Source: the human T2T-CHM13v2.0 reference genome, Homo sapiens
Reading direction: 5' to 3' (one strand)
Length of the DNA: 64,000 nt
Assembly: GCF_009914755.1 (NCBI RefSeq)
Contig: NC_060925.1
Below the pieces are notes generated by a model. It worked only from the letters and a program-made list of their open reading frames with translations. It made no database searches and was not told where the DNA came from. The translations under genes and the position numbers were made by a program. Below are positions 13,386 through 33,008 of the stretch, in pieces; position 1 is the stretch's first letter, and each line of letters starts with the position of its first letter.

Positions 13386-14774
13386 ACAGTGCTCCCATGG
13401 GGCCTGACACAATTAGCTGTCTGGAAAACGTGAATTGGTCCCCCCATCATGACATGAGTGTCCCCTTTCCCCACTGGTCCCAGGCTGACACAAGTGCATG
13501 GAAAACCACCTCGTTCTCATTTTCTCCAGGGTAGCCCCTCACCTGTGAACCCTCCACTCCGATGAACCCTTCTGTCTCAAGAAAACAGGCCCTCCCTGCC
13601 CACGACCTCCCAACCACAGGCCTGGCCATGCAAAGGCTGCCCCTCTCAGGAAGCAGCTGTGGCCTTGAATGTCCCCTCCCGCGTGAGCCCCACCCTCCTG
13701 GGCGCCGGTCCATGCCTGGGCAGCTGCTGCAGGCCATGCTGGGGCTGGACCTCTTAGCCGCAGCAGCCTGGGGAAGGGCAAGATTTGTCCCAAACCTGGC
13801 CAAACGCCAGAGGGGCATGTCCTGGGTAAATGGCTGCTGGTCCCAGGACATCCGCCACTCCCTATGCAGGACACTGGTTGGAGCGTCACTGGAGGCCTGG
13901 GAAGGAAATGTGTTTCTGATCCCCTTCCCAAAGCGCCATGGGGCACCTTGGGGCAGGTCAGTGAAGTAGGGACCCAGCTGCAGGGAGGGGCATGGACCTT
14001 GGCCAGGACACTGCTTCTGCCTACAGCCCAGAACCACCGCTGGCGTAGTCCCCGGGGACCGGAGAGCTGAACACAGCCCTACCCACCCACACTGCTCGAG
14101 CTCAGTAAGAAGAGGTGGGAGGACACATTCAGGATTCCTTCCTGGGGCCCAAGAAACTGTCCACACAGCTCTGCACACAGGCCTGGGGCCAGCCGGCCAC
14201 TTCCTCCGGCTGAGGCTACTGCGGGCGCCTGCCCATCTGCCCCCCGTGGGCTTCCTCCAGAGGTTCCTCAGAGGAACCGAGAGTGACCAAGGGCGGAACA
14301 GGAGCGGGGCTGCAGAAATAGCTATGAGATCCCAATTCCCGACAGTCACACTCCAAGCGCCAGTCCCACCCCCATCACAGGCAGGGCTGGCATCGGCCCA
14401 CCCTGCATGGGCCCCGGCCAGGGTCTGGCTGGCACAGAGGACAGAGCCCACACAGACAGCCGTGTGCCCAGGCTCACCCACCCGACCGCCTCAGCTCATG
14501 CATGAGACCTGTTCACGTGCTGTGACCCAGCCGCTGTGTGCAGCCCCCCGGCGCCTCTCTGCCGGCCCCGGGGAGAGCTGGGGCAGGCACACACGGGTGA
14601 ACAGGTCTCAGTTCTGGTGCTCAGGCTGAGGGTGTGCATGGTGCATCTGGGTGCCACCACTTGGGATCTCAAAGGCCTCGCCACACCTCACCAGGATAAA
14701 GGGGATTCCAAGAATGGCCTTGACTCAGAGAGTGGGCATGGATATTCCAGGAGCCTAGTTTTAAAGAGCTTTGA

Positions 14775-15050
14775 GGCTGGACATGGTGGCTTATACCCAT
14801 AATCCCAACACTTTGGGAAGCCAAGGAGGCAGAAGGATCATTTTAGTCCAGATGCTCAAGACCAGCCTGGGCAACATAGAGAGACTCCATCTCTACAAAA
14901 ACATTAAAAAACCAGCAGGGCCTGGTGGTGTGCACCTGCAGTCCCAGCTGCTTGGGAGGCTGAGGCAGGAGTGCTGCTTCAGGTCAGATGCAGTGAGCTG
15001 TGATCTCGCCACTGCACTCCAGCCTGGGTAACAGAGCAAGACAACCCTGT
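14775..15050 (+). mobile_element. Alu (J-like)
   Basis: ggctggacatggtggcttatacccataatcccaacactttggg...cactgcactccagcctgggtaacagagcaagac. Confidence 0.88.
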
Positions 15051-15353
15051 CTTTTTTTTTTTTTTTTTTCAGATGGAGTTTTGCTCTTGTCACCCAGGAT
15101 GGAGTGCAATGGTATGATCTCGGCTCACTGAACCTCTGCCTCCCGGGTTCAAGTGATTCTCCTGCCTCAGCCTCCCAAGTAGCTGGGATTACAGGTGCCT
15201 GCCACCATGCCTGGCTAATTTTTTGTATTTTTTAGTAGACACATGGTTTCACCATGCTGGCCAGGTTGGTCTTGAAGTCCTGACCTTAGGTGATCCACCC
15301 GCCTCGGCCTAGCAAAGTGCTGGGATTACAGGCATAAGCCACCGTGCCCGGCC
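15051..15353 (-). mobile_element. Alu (S-like) inserted at the tail of the preceding Alu
   Basis: Full-length antisense Alu flanked by accctgtctt at 15044 and 15355. Confidence 0.92.
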
Positions 15354-15818
15354 TACCCTGTCTTAAAGAGAAAAATAAAGAGCACTTGGCACTGGGTATG
15401 CCCTCTCTACGTTAGCTCTGTGGCCAGTGTGATCAAGGGGCCCCAGAGCTGTGAAACCCCAGAAGCAGGAGCCGCCTGCCCCAGAGGCAGGAGAGACAGG
15501 CAGCTTCATAGATGTGATTCCTGCATCTGAGCCGTGAGGGCATCCCAAGGGGAGGGACCAGCAGGATGACTGAGATGTACAGAACAACTAAGAGAGCCCA
15601 GGGAGGGCCTGCCTCTGCAGACGGCGAGCAGCCCCACTTTGCCCCACCCTGCCAAGGGGAGCACAGTCTGAGTGGGGGCGAGAGGTGGGACACAGGCTCC
15701 CATTGGCTGGCCCTGCTGGCTTGGGGCTGGGTGGCTAAACGACCTGGGTCAAGTCTCTGGCTCTGTTGGGTCCTGTAGCACCGTACCTGCCTCAGGTAGG
15801 CAGGAAGCTGCCGGGTGA

Positions 15819-16512
<694 letters not shown>

Positions 16513-16875
16513 TACACCTCCCTTTTCAAAACCCTTCGCTGTATGGTCTGCGGGCTCCCTCTTGCCTCCCAATGTGGACCGCAGGCTGAACCGTCACTCT
16601 CCCTGCCTCTGGCCTCACGGATGGGCTCAGGGAAGGACCACGCCAGCCTGGGGAGACTCATCCAGGACAGGCTCCTGCTCCCTGGGCTTGTGGCCTGGGG
16701 GAGGCCAGCTCCTGGGCCCGAGGATGAGGCTAATGGAGAAGAGAACCCAGGCCCAGGCCCCGGCCCCAGACAGTTCCACAGTGCTGGGAGCTGGAGATCA
16801 GCGCTCCGGTAGCTTCTGCGGACCGGACTCAAGTTTCTGTCACTGCACCAAAGCTCCCTGACAGAGCTAGGTCCC

Positions 16876-16964
16876 CAGCCCACAGTGCCGGTCAGCCCAC
16901 TGTGCCGACCAGCCTACAGTACCGACCAGCCCACGATGCCGACCAGCCTACGGTGCCGACCAGC
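16876..16964. repeat. 17-bp minisatellite, 5 copies
   Basis: cagcccacagtgccggt / cagcccactgtgccgac / cagcctacagtaccgac / cagcccacgatgccgac / cagcctacggtgccgac. Confidence 0.9.
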
Positions 16965-17669
16965 TGAGCTGAGCGGACAGAATGGGCATCCGACAGCCAG
17001 CACAGGTGCGCCCTGCCTCTGCCACCGCTGTTTGAAGCTCCCTGTGTGTCATCCCCATTAGTGCTCTCAGCCTCCCAGTGACCCCCAAGGCATCATTATT
17101 CCCATTCACAGCTCCCCAACCTCTCACCCCCAGGAGCAGTCCAACGTCCCACCCCTCTAAACACAAGCCACGGGGCTCAGCGTCCCCGAGAGCTCATCCT
17201 GCCTCTTCAGGGGCTTAAACTCCCTGTACCTCTGTTTCCTCATCTGTAAAATGGGGACAAAAGGAGAAATGACCCACGTCCTGGGACCTGGAACGTGAAT
17301 GTTCCAGAACATCTCATTACACCACCCAGCCCTGAGAAAACACCATGGCCTGATCTTGCGGGCGGGGTGAGAGCAGAGGCAGAGGCCAGGCCTGAAGCCC
17401 AGTGCAGGGCCCACGCTGCCCAGCCAGGCCAGCCCTGGAGGAAGGACAGCCTCCTCAGCTGCTTGCCTGCCCTCTGGCCCCCAGGGTCCTCATTTCCGGG
17501 TCCTCTCCTGCACCAGCGGCAGCTCTCAGGAGTGGCTCTGGCCCCCACACCACCGTGGAGCAAGTGACTGTCAGCAGCATGTGTGTGTGAATGGGCTACA
17601 GGCCCTGGCTGGGCAGGCCCGGTGCCAGAGCCTGCTGAAAGTCCTCCCGGGAGGTGGGTTCGCACCTAC

Positions 17670-17802
17670 CCCCGAGGTCCTCGATGATGTCCAGGGTGGA
17701 GCTCCACGAGAAACGCTCCACCGTCCCCAGCTCCAGCTCGGCCAGGTCGCCGGGCAGGGCCTCCAGCTCGTAGGTGCCCCGCTTCCTCCAGTAGAGAAAC
17801 AT
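17670..17802 (-). CDS. PLEKHG5: Probable PLEKHG5 alternative first coding exon: MFLYWRKRGTYELEALPGDLAELELGTVERFSWSSTLDIIEDLG
   Basis: agcATG start (-3 A); 44 codons + 1 nt, almost all with G/C third positions; donor GGG G|gtaggt; phase 1 matches the 8213 acceptor; local CpG enrichment. Confidence 0.78.
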
Positions 17803-18150
17803 GCTGAGGCCAGGGGAGGCCGCCCCGCCTGGCCCGCGCCCTCGGAGGCTGGGTGGCCTGGGGACGGGACGCAGGGAGTGCAGGGGCGCAGGGGGCTTCA
17901 GGGACCACTGGGGCTGGCCTCGGCTGGCAGGCGCTCCCTCCTCTGGAAGGGGAGCATTCTGGGAGCGGCTGGGGGCCTCAGAGCTGACCAATGGCCAGGG
18001 CCCCGGCCCCACACAAAGCGCCTTTCTTCCCCTCCTACAGACATTTTACAAATTTCGCCTTCCCGGCCCCCTCGGAGCCCCCACCGAGGAGACGGGCTGG
18101 CCGTCTGGGGACGACAGAGGCCCGGAAAAGAGTGCGATTGTTTCGTGGTC
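17803..18150 (-). promoter_or_regulatory. Small CpG-rich candidate promoter/5'UTR for the 17670 exon
   Basis: GC boxes (ccgccccgcc) and retained CpGs immediately upstream of the ATG. Confidence 0.5.
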
Positions 18151-21100
18151 TCTTTGCTAAGATAGGTTTCCAGAGAAGAAAAATGTGCTGCCCGAGGAGC
18201 AATTCCGGCTCCCCACCCCTGACCTGTGACCCCGCTCCCAGCCCCAGTGGAACCCTGCAGGATTTCTCAGTGAGGAACAGAAGCACCTGTGGGGACGCCG
18301 TGGGCTGCCCCTAGAGATGATTCCAGCTCCTGCCTGGACCCTCCCCAGGAAGCTCAAGGCATGTCCCTCACCTCCACTGAGCCGAGGCCCCCAGAGGCCC
18401 CCCAGCAGGGCAGGAGCTGTGGGCCAGGCCTCACCCTCAGCCTGCCTGTGAGGTCTGGGCTCTGCTCTCTGGGCTCCCTTTCGGGGCTGGCCACACTTCA
18501 CCAGGCTGCCTCCTCCTTCAGATCATGTCGCCTACACCAATGGCAGCGCAGGCATAGAGCCCTAGGCAGCCGAACCTCTGGCATCCTCAGGGGAGCCTCA
18601 TTGCTCCCGAGCGGCGGGTGGAGCTGGAGGAAGTCAGAGGGCTGGGGGTGCAGACCCTTCACAGAAAGAACCATGAGAAGAAGAAAAAGCGAGCGGACAG
18701 GCGGGGAAATGAAAAGCCACTGGTCAGTTGATTCCAGAGTGTTGTCCAAACTGCAAAATGTTCAAGCTAGAAAATAGCAACTCAAAGCCTATGGCAGCCC
18801 TCCTGTGGAGAGACCTCTGCCACGGTATCCACATGACCTGTGCCCCAGCAGGGTCATTGTGGCTTTCCCTGCGTGTGTGGGCACTTCCTTCATGGCACAG
18901 ATGAGGAAGCTGAGGCTCAGCTTACAAGGAATAGAACTTGTATTTGACCCCAAGACTGTCTAGCTTCAAAGCCAACTTGGGGACCTGAACAAGCAGCTGG
19001 GGGAGAAGGTGGGGGTGATCAGAGGGCCATGGGGCAGCCCTTCAGAAATCCAGACTTGAACGGGGCCAAGGGCAGCTTGCACTGGGCTCCCCAGCCAGGC
19101 TTTGCTGAGCCTCCTCTGTCTTACCCCACCTGTGCCCCCCCAGCCTGCCAGGTCTGAAGGAGCAGAGCCAGGGCAGAGCTGGCTCTCCTAACAGACCAGA
19201 TGCCTGGCAACAGAGACCCAAGGCCCAGGCAGAGGGAGCTGGCAGCAGAAGGCTCTGTTTCCGGGGGGCGGGGGGATGGAGGGGTCACCCCAGGGCTGTG
19301 GCAGGGGGTGCTGGAGTGGCCATCCAGGCAGCCTGCACGCCCCCAGCTGAGGGCTAAGGTGCCAAGAGGTGGCTTGAATAATTCGAACCATATGCCTGCC
19401 TGGCCGGCCCCTCCCGCGCCGGCACGGGGCCAGGGAGGACAAACGCAGGCCCTTGGCCTTCATCACTGGCACCCACACGACCTGGGCCTGAGCCCACAGG
19501 AGCTGGGGGTGTCCCTGGCTCGTGTTCATGTGGCAAGTGGCCTGCCTGGGGGTGTCAGACTGAGGCTTAGGGAATAGGACCATCCATGGCCTGGCCAGCC
19601 ATCTCTGTCTCAGACCCACCATAGCAGAGGCCAGGGCCAGTGGGGTGGGTCCTAGAGCCTTTACCCAGCCTCGGCCCCTCTTTGTCTGGGCTTGGTGGGA
19701 GCCACACCTGGTTATTATTTTAGGACAGCCAACCCCAGAACATCCCCGCCTGGGTGCAGCAGAGACTCCTTCCTACCCTCAACTGTGGGCTGAGCACAAG
19801 GGGACGCCCCTGCTGCAGCGGTCACCTGGGGGGGCCCCACTCCCAGGCATCCATTTCGGGCTCGGAGGCTGAACCCTCCTGAGGGGCTGCAGCCCTGGAT
19901 GCCAAGAGGAGGAGGCCGGGCTCCACCCTCCATCCTGACCACACGGAGCATCATCTTCTGTGTTCCCTCTGCCCCCAAATGTGCCTCCTGCCTCCCACCT
20001 CCCACCTTCGCTTGTGCTGTTCCTGCTGCCCGGCTGTCCTCCTCTGTCTCCCACGCTCCTTCCATACAAGGCTAGAGGGTCCCCCACCCAGCCTCCCGAT
20101 GCAGGAAGGCAGAGGCAGCCCCAGTGGGTCAGGGGAGGCCCCCCCAGGCCAGTGAAGCGGACCCCCACAGTGCTCGAGGGTGCAGCGCCAGCCCCTCTCT
20201 CTGAGGCAGCAGCTGTCCAAGGCAGGTAGACACACCTGGGCCTTTTCCTCGGGTCTGGGGGAAACCAGGAAACAAGACTGACGAGCGATGCCGCTGACAA
20301 ACACGGGGGTTGCTCTTGGTGCCTTCAGGGACAGCTGTCTGTCTTGCATTCTGTTGTGTGCCCAGCCTCAGGCAGGCTCTCCACTTACCATGGCCCAATG
20401 CCATACTGAGCAAGCACTATTCACACATCATCTCCAATCCACACTTCATCCCCAATAGCAGGTGCTACTGTCCCCACCACAGAGATGGAGAAGCTGAGGC
20501 CATGACAGGCAACTTGCCCAGGGCCACACAGAGCTACGAAGAGGGAGAGCCAGGGCTGAGCCCCAGAGCGGTACACACACTGCTGGCCGCACTGCCCACC
20601 CCGCTCTAGGCCTGGCCCTCCTCACCCACCTGTAGCGCCTCTCGAAGTCACTGCTGGGTACAGACAGGGAGCTAGAGGCCCGAGAGAGGCAGGCGGGCCC
20701 TCAGCTGGAGGGCTGCTCTCCCACAGCCCCAGACCTATCTCGGGGGACTCAGTCCCCTGGAAGCCTCACGGCCTCTGGACAGGAAGATCCCAGGGGAGCA
20801 GAGACAATTGGTTTGTGCCCTCACGCGGGCTGCCCCTGGGCCTGGGAGCTGTGGCCCTGGGCCCGGAGACCCAAAGATTTGCCTCTCGTCCCACCTCTGG
20901 TTCCTTCTGTGCTCCAGTGAGCATCCCCTGGCCTGGGGCTGGAACCAGGACAGGCAGAGGGACAGGGGCTAAAGACAAGGGCCCGCTTCATCCCGTTCCT
21001 GGCAATGGCCTTGGACATGGGGAGGGGGCGAGTCCTCTGCAAACTACAGCTGTTTCCTTGAGAGCGGAAGTGCCAAGTGAGGGAGGACCCAAGCAGGGTC

Positions 21101-21957
21101 CACCCCCGCAAGGTCTCGCTGAGTAAGGGGCCAAAAGAGGAAGAGAAACAGGTGGCAGGACCCGGCCATCGACCCCCACGCCAGGAAGCCACGGCCACTC
21201 GGGAGACGTAGGCTCTGGGGCACTTTTCCTGCCTAAGCTCACAGGCTGGGGGCTCCACGGGCCCCTGAACATCCTTTCTCCCCTCAACCACCCTGGATGA
21301 CCCCTTCCCACTGCAGGGCTTTTCTGAGGGCAGCCCCCGGCAGGGGAGGGCTTGGTTCAGGGTTAGGCTTCTGCCTCCCAAGCTGGGCAGCCTCGGCCGT
21401 GACACTTCCCGATTCCACATCTGTAAAATGGGTTAAGGAGAGAGCCCCCCAGGGTGTCATCTCCACAAGACCCTGCACGCACAGGGCTTAGCAGGGAGCC
21501 TGGCGCAGGGTGAGTGCTCACCCCAAAGGGATAGACTTGGTGGGGAGTCCCTGTACCCAACAAGAGCCCCGTTCCTCCCCGTCCCCAGGCAAGGCCCACT
21601 GTGGCCTCTTGTGGACCCCAGGGCCCCAGGTGCAGGTAACCACATTCCTCCCTTCCTCTCCCGGTGTCTGAGGAGGCCTGTCTGGACCCCCAGGGCAGCC
21701 GGGGAGAGCCAGCTGCGTGCATGCGGGGCCGCCATGCCCAGTTCTAGCTACCCGGCTCTCATGAGAAGCACCCAGGCAGCCATGCTGTGGGTGAGTGTTT
21801 CTGCACAGGCCAGGCTGCAGAGCCCCATTATGTAATCTGGAGAGAGTGGGCGCTAGCCACTCCCCCTGCCCTCTGGCTCTCCTGTCTCTGTTCTTCTGGC
21901 CAGGCCCTCCCCAAACGCTCCACCAGGCCAAGTAAAAAGAAGAATCTGCCTCTGCCC

Positions 21958-22747
<790 letters not shown>

Positions 22748-25689
22748 GTTAAACAATTCTGAAGGCCAGATGCATGGGTCCAGTGCCCCAGCCCATCTGC
22801 CAGTCCATTTGTTTGGAAGATGCTGGTGGAAACCTGGGCCACAACCACCTGGCCCCTGGCCAGCCCGTCCTTGAGCTTCAACCAGGCCTCAGCCTTAGCC
22901 CCCAACACCCTCCCCTCCCCACAGTCTCTGATGGGCCCTGTGCCAGCCCTGGGTGCTGCTGGGGTGGGGGATGGACCAAAGAGGACAGGCACCACCAACA
23001 AGGACGGTCACTGACTCCTCCAGCCTGGGTTTCCTCCTCTGTAAAATGGAGACAATCCTAAGCCCCGACTAGGGTGATTAAATGAGGCTGCCTGTATGAA
23101 AGGACCCCGCTTGGAGCCTGGCAAGCCCGAGAGAAACGTCTGAAGGGGGCTGGCGGTCACCCAGCAGCTGCCGATGCCCACCGCCCCCAAGACAGGAGGG
23201 ATCCGAGAGGGGTCCCACACACTCCTGTGCTGCCCAGACAGGCCTTTCTCCAATCCTCAGGGCCCCCAGGCGCTGGGACTGAGGCATGTGAGATGGGGGA
23301 CTGAGGCAGCAGGGCCACGACAGGGCTCACAGAGCGAGGACTGGGCCGGCAGAGCCATGCAGTGGCTTCACCTCCAGGCCTGGAGTGGGCACTGCAGGCT
23401 GCCTGACTGCAGCCCCCCCAGAGAGGCTGCCCCCAGCACTGCAGAGAGTGAGTGTGTGACTGCCACTATGGCCTGAATAGAGGAAGGGGGAGAGGGTTCT
23501 GCTGGCAGGAGGCCCAGGGCCGGGCAGGGGAGAGGCCCTTGGAAGCCGGGGAGCCCGTGCTACTCTCTTCCCTGTGCTCAGGAACAGACTCCTGCTGGGC
23601 CAGGGACCCTCTCAGCCCCCTTTCCCTGGCTGTCCTTACAGCAGGGACACTAACATCTGCCGGTGCCCTATGTATTATACCAGGACTCTGGACCAAGGGC
23701 CTTCAAGGTGGCATCTCCTTTAATCTACCCAGTGGCCCTGTGATTGGATCACCATCACCCCGTTTTACAGAGGAGGAAGCGGAGGCTCGGGACGCCTGGA
23801 GACCTGCCCATGTCGCTCGGAAGGGGTTGGGTGCTGCCGCAGGGTCTGTCCACCACCCTCCATACCATTGGCTCCTCCTTCACAGCCGAGATATTTGAGC
23901 TCCACATGCTGTGGGGTCGTCCCAGGCCGAGCGAGTTGTCCTTCCTGCTCAGCACTGTTCAAGCCCTGAGGCCACGTGAGCTCAAGTGGGCTTCTCCCAG
24001 CCCCAGATGTGCCCCCTGACTTGGACTCTGGGAGCCATTCAGGCCTGGACAAACCTCCCTGACCTTCGAGCCCACTGGCATGGGCCCCTCCCCGGGCTAC
24101 CGAGTGTGTGGGGGGCAGGGAAGCCAGACAGTGGGGCCCTCAGGCCCACTCGGCTCACCAGCAGGGTGGGAGGCCCAGTCACTGCCCAGCATCTGGCCGG
24201 ACCATCATCACCCACCCAACCACCAGCTGCAGCCTCGGGACAACTGCAGCCTGGGGCGGGCCGACCACAAACCAGCTCCCACACTGTTCTAAGCTCTGTC
24301 TCCAGGATGTCTTTCAGTGCCATCAGCCCTGCCCTGCGCTGGCACAGCCTCAGGCCACCACCGCCCTGCCTCAGTCCCTCCCCGTCTCACATTTACCCCC
24401 TCCAACACAGCCTCCAGAACCAGCCGGGCTCCCCGGGTTCAAATCCCCGCTCCAGCTCCTGCCGGCTGTGCCATCTCGAACAAGTTGGGCCTCAGTTTCC
24501 TCATTTATACAGCGTAGGCCTCACAGGCCTCACAGGGTGGCCATGGGGGGGTGAATAAATTAATCCAGGAGAGTCCCCTCCAAACTCAGAGACAGTGGCC
24601 AACAGTCACAGCAGAAGAACAGAAGGCAAGTCTGCAAATGTCACTGTCTTGATTAAAAGCCTGCCCCCGGCATGGCCACTTAGACCCTGGGGCCCCGCCC
24701 ACCCACTGTTCCTGGTGGAATCGGTAGCTCCTCTCACTGACGCCTGGATCCCGCTGTGGAGCTCCCCTCGCTCCATCTAGCCTGGGAGCCCTTAGAATCT
24801 AGACTCTATCGGGGATGCAGGGCCCAGGCCCAGCCTGGCCCAGGGCAGGTGCCAGGGAAATGCTTATTGATTTGAACTAGAATCAATTTGCAATCAACCA
24901 TCTCTCACCAGGGCTGACTTCCAAATACCCCAAGGCTTGGTCCAGCTGGGCTCCACCTCACCCTGTGTGTCAAGGTGGCAGGGCTCCCTGGCATCCAAGT
25001 AGGACCATGCCCAGAGGGCAGCCCACATGCCTGGATGCCCGCCTGGGGTCAAACCTGGTCCCCTTGGAGAAGCTGAGACTCAGACTAAGACCCAGCAGCT
25101 GCCACCTGCCGGGGATTTTTCAGCCTGAGGTGAGGGGAAGAGGCGGAAATGAAGGCTGTTCCTCGGGGCTGTCTGCGGCCAAGCCAGCACAGCTACATTC
25201 CAGCCTGACTGCCAGCTGCTGGCCACTGCAGACTTTTAAACCTGGCCAGACAAACTGAGAGACTGGGGCCCTCTCGAGGGCCAAGTCTGTCCAAGGAACA
25301 AAGGCTCCTGGGCCGGGCTCCCAACCACGGAAAAGACAGGCTGGACTTCCAGAACAGCTAGGATTTCAAACCATCTACCCCATTGTCGAAACACTGGTCC
25401 TGTTGGTTGGAAACTGTCACTACTGTCACTGTGGACATGCCCAGCAGAGACCCAGGCTGCCTCGGATGGGCCTTGTCTGACTGTTGGCCCACAGAAGTCA
25501 AGGGCCCTTCCCCGCTAAGCCCAGGACACAGGCCCAGCCTCCAGAGGCAGTTTCTGTGCAGGGCAGCTATGGGGTCTCAACCCATCTTGGCATTACAGAG
25601 GAGGCTGTTTCCTGAGAGCCTCCCATATGGGCCTGGAGGGGTTCTGCCTGGATCCTGTTCATTTACATCTCGAGAAGCATAAAGCAGGG

Positions 25690-27330
<1,641 letters not shown>

Positions 27331-27604
27331 AAAGACTATGTAAGAGGGTCTTTAGAAGTGGGAAATCTAACCAGAAAGATAAGCAAATTTAATATAGTGT
27401 ATCCTCTGGACACCACCCTCGGAAGTTCTGGAGGCATGACCCCAGAGTCCCCTACCGCTGCCCCTGCTCCTCTGCCAAGAGCCATGGCATTTCAGCAATG
27501 TGAGTGGACAAGAGGGAAATGCCTGGTGACCACATAAGGAGTCACCTGACTAGTCATGCCCCTCATATCTCAGGGACATGGACATGGAAGACGGTGACCA
27601 CTTA

Positions 27605-28562
<958 letters not shown>

Positions 28563-28610
28563 CCACCCACATGTACACTTTTGTTCTGCTTATAAAAGTA
28601 ATACCTCTGT

Positions 28611-29015
<405 letters not shown>

Positions 29016-29528
29016 TCATGGGGTAGGTATGATACAGGGGACACTCCAAAAGGTCTGTAACCCCCAGTGTCACCCACACCTGGACGCAATCTCCCTTCAG
29101 TAAATAAGCAGGGCCAGGCTTATTTAATTAAGTGGCCATTTTACTATGTGAGTGCTAGGGGCTCACATGTCAACATGCTGTCGCTGTCACTGTGGCTCAC
29201 ATAACTCTATATTCCCTGAATACTAGCAGGGGATGAGCTTGTGGGGGTGAGCAAAGGAAGAAAAAGTCAGCAGCTCAGATTCCTTGCTGGGGAGGGGATG
29301 GCCCTGGGAGGAATTCTCCATGACTCGCTGTCAGCTTCATAAATCTGTCGGGCCAGCCATCAGGGAGACAGAGATAAAGGTTGGAACAGGCTCAGATCTG
29401 ACGACAAACAGAAGGGTCCATGGCCCAAATGCCCCGAGGCCAGGCCAGGCCAGGTTATCCCGCTGGGGCCGGGATGTTTCCCAGACCAGGCTCCAACTGG
29501 GGTAGGAGAATGTTACTGGATTTCATGA

Positions 29529-30785
<1,257 letters not shown>

Positions 30786-31088
30786 ACCCTTCGGCATATG
30801 GAGTCTAGGTCTTTCTTCTGTCAGGAGTTAGATGGCTGAGCAGCAAGTCCCCCTCCTCTGCCCTCAAATCAGAGCTGATGGCTCAAACTGCAGGGCTTGG
30901 AGGGCTTAACTCACTGATTAATGGAAGAATGAGACCAAATGGATCCAGCCTGCAAGTGGCTCTTAAACCGTCCGGACTAATTCAGTGAGTGTGAGTCCTT
31001 GGAGCCCTCCAAGACCTGCAAAGCCCCTCCTTTCACTCTGTGTCCTCAAACCTCCTTTCTAGACAAAAGAGATAGAAAACATACTCAC

Positions 31089-31155
31089 CGGTTCCTGAAC
31101 AAAGGCTGAGCCAGCTTCGAGGTGGAGACCCATGTTTTGTCAGGACTGAATTCAT
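31089..31155 (-). CDS. PLEKHG5: PLEKHG5 distal first exon, coding part: MNSVLTKHGSPPRSWLSLCSGT (5'UTR extends rightwards)
   Basis: agcATG at 31155; 22 codons + 1 nt; donor ACCG|gtgagtat; in frame with the 8213 acceptor; peptide recognised as a PLEKHG5 isoform N-terminus. Too short for the ORF track. Confidence 0.8.
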
Positions 31156-32154
31156 GCTTGACCTCTGCGGTGGTGGCACCCTGCCTGGACTTCCAGCCAC
31201 ATGCCAATGCCACAGGCCTCTCTAATCAGACACACAGGTCTCCGTCCTGCTTTGCCCAGTTGCCATCTCAACATGGAAGGCTTCTCCCCGACTCAGCCCC
31301 AGTCTTAATTTCTGCAGCTGGACCTGTCTGCACAGAAAACCAAGGCGCTCTCAGCCCTGCCAATTTGCTCCCCGTCCAACACAGGTCCCCTGGGCGCTGT
31401 ATATTTGAAGGCACAGACTTCGCAGCTGCCGCTCACACTGCATTTCCTTGTTGGTGGTTGGTTCCTTCTTGGATTTTCCATTCCTGAGTGCCCATTTGCG
31501 CCCTGGAATGGGCTCCCACACTGCTGGCTGCCCTGGAGGTGCCGTCCCTCCTTTCCAGGAAAGCAACACCACAGAGACCCCGGCCTCTGCAATCCCAGCA
31601 GCCAGCAGCAGCCCCTCTGCTGGGCTCCTTGGCTACCAGGAAGGCCTTAGTTTGGTGGCTTTCCCCTGCCAGGCAGAGAGGGGCTGGTCACAGCGGGAGA
31701 TCAAGTGAGCCTCAAAACATTAGAAAAACCCAAGCCAGTCTGCAGAGCACCGCAGCCGCCTCAGGGCCGGTTACCATAGCTACCCTTGGCTTCCCAGCCC
31801 AGCACATGTCTGCCCAGCTCAACTCTGCTGATTTGCAAGACTTTGCTTGCTCAGCTCCTGGCACTGCAGACTGGACCTGCTGCCCCCAACTCGGCGGCTA
31901 CCGCTCTTCCTGGCAAAGCCTTGGGAATACTTAACTTAGCAAGGTCTTTCTGAAAAGGCCCTGAACATCACGTAGGCTTCCCCACTTACTGCATAGATGG
32001 CCCCCATATTTATTTTAGCCACTGTTCAGGCTGGGCTTGTCAGCCAATCTCTCTCTGCTAGGCCCAACCCTATGAGGTGTGGGAAGACAAGGGCTGAGTC
32101 CTCGCTGCCGAGAGGCAGTTTTATCGGCACAGCACTAGGTGGGGGTTTGTTTCA

Positions 32155-32870
<716 letters not shown>

Positions 32871-33008
32871 TCATTAACCGCCTTTCAACATTTTTTTTCC
32901 TCCCAGTGTTTTTTCACTATAGTTTCTTCTAAGCATTTAAGTGATTACCTGGAATAAAATGACCTATCTACATAAAATTACACAACTAAATTCATGTTTT
33001 CAAAAATA

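Noticed and set aside
13447-14481. 344-aa minus-strand ORF
   Set aside because: Near-cognate start, Trp/Cys/Gly-rich random composition, no recognisable family
17596-18012. 138-aa single-exon gene as given in the ORF track
   Set aside because: Only the central 44 codons look coding; they start at a true ATG and end at a donor, so a spliced first exon fits better
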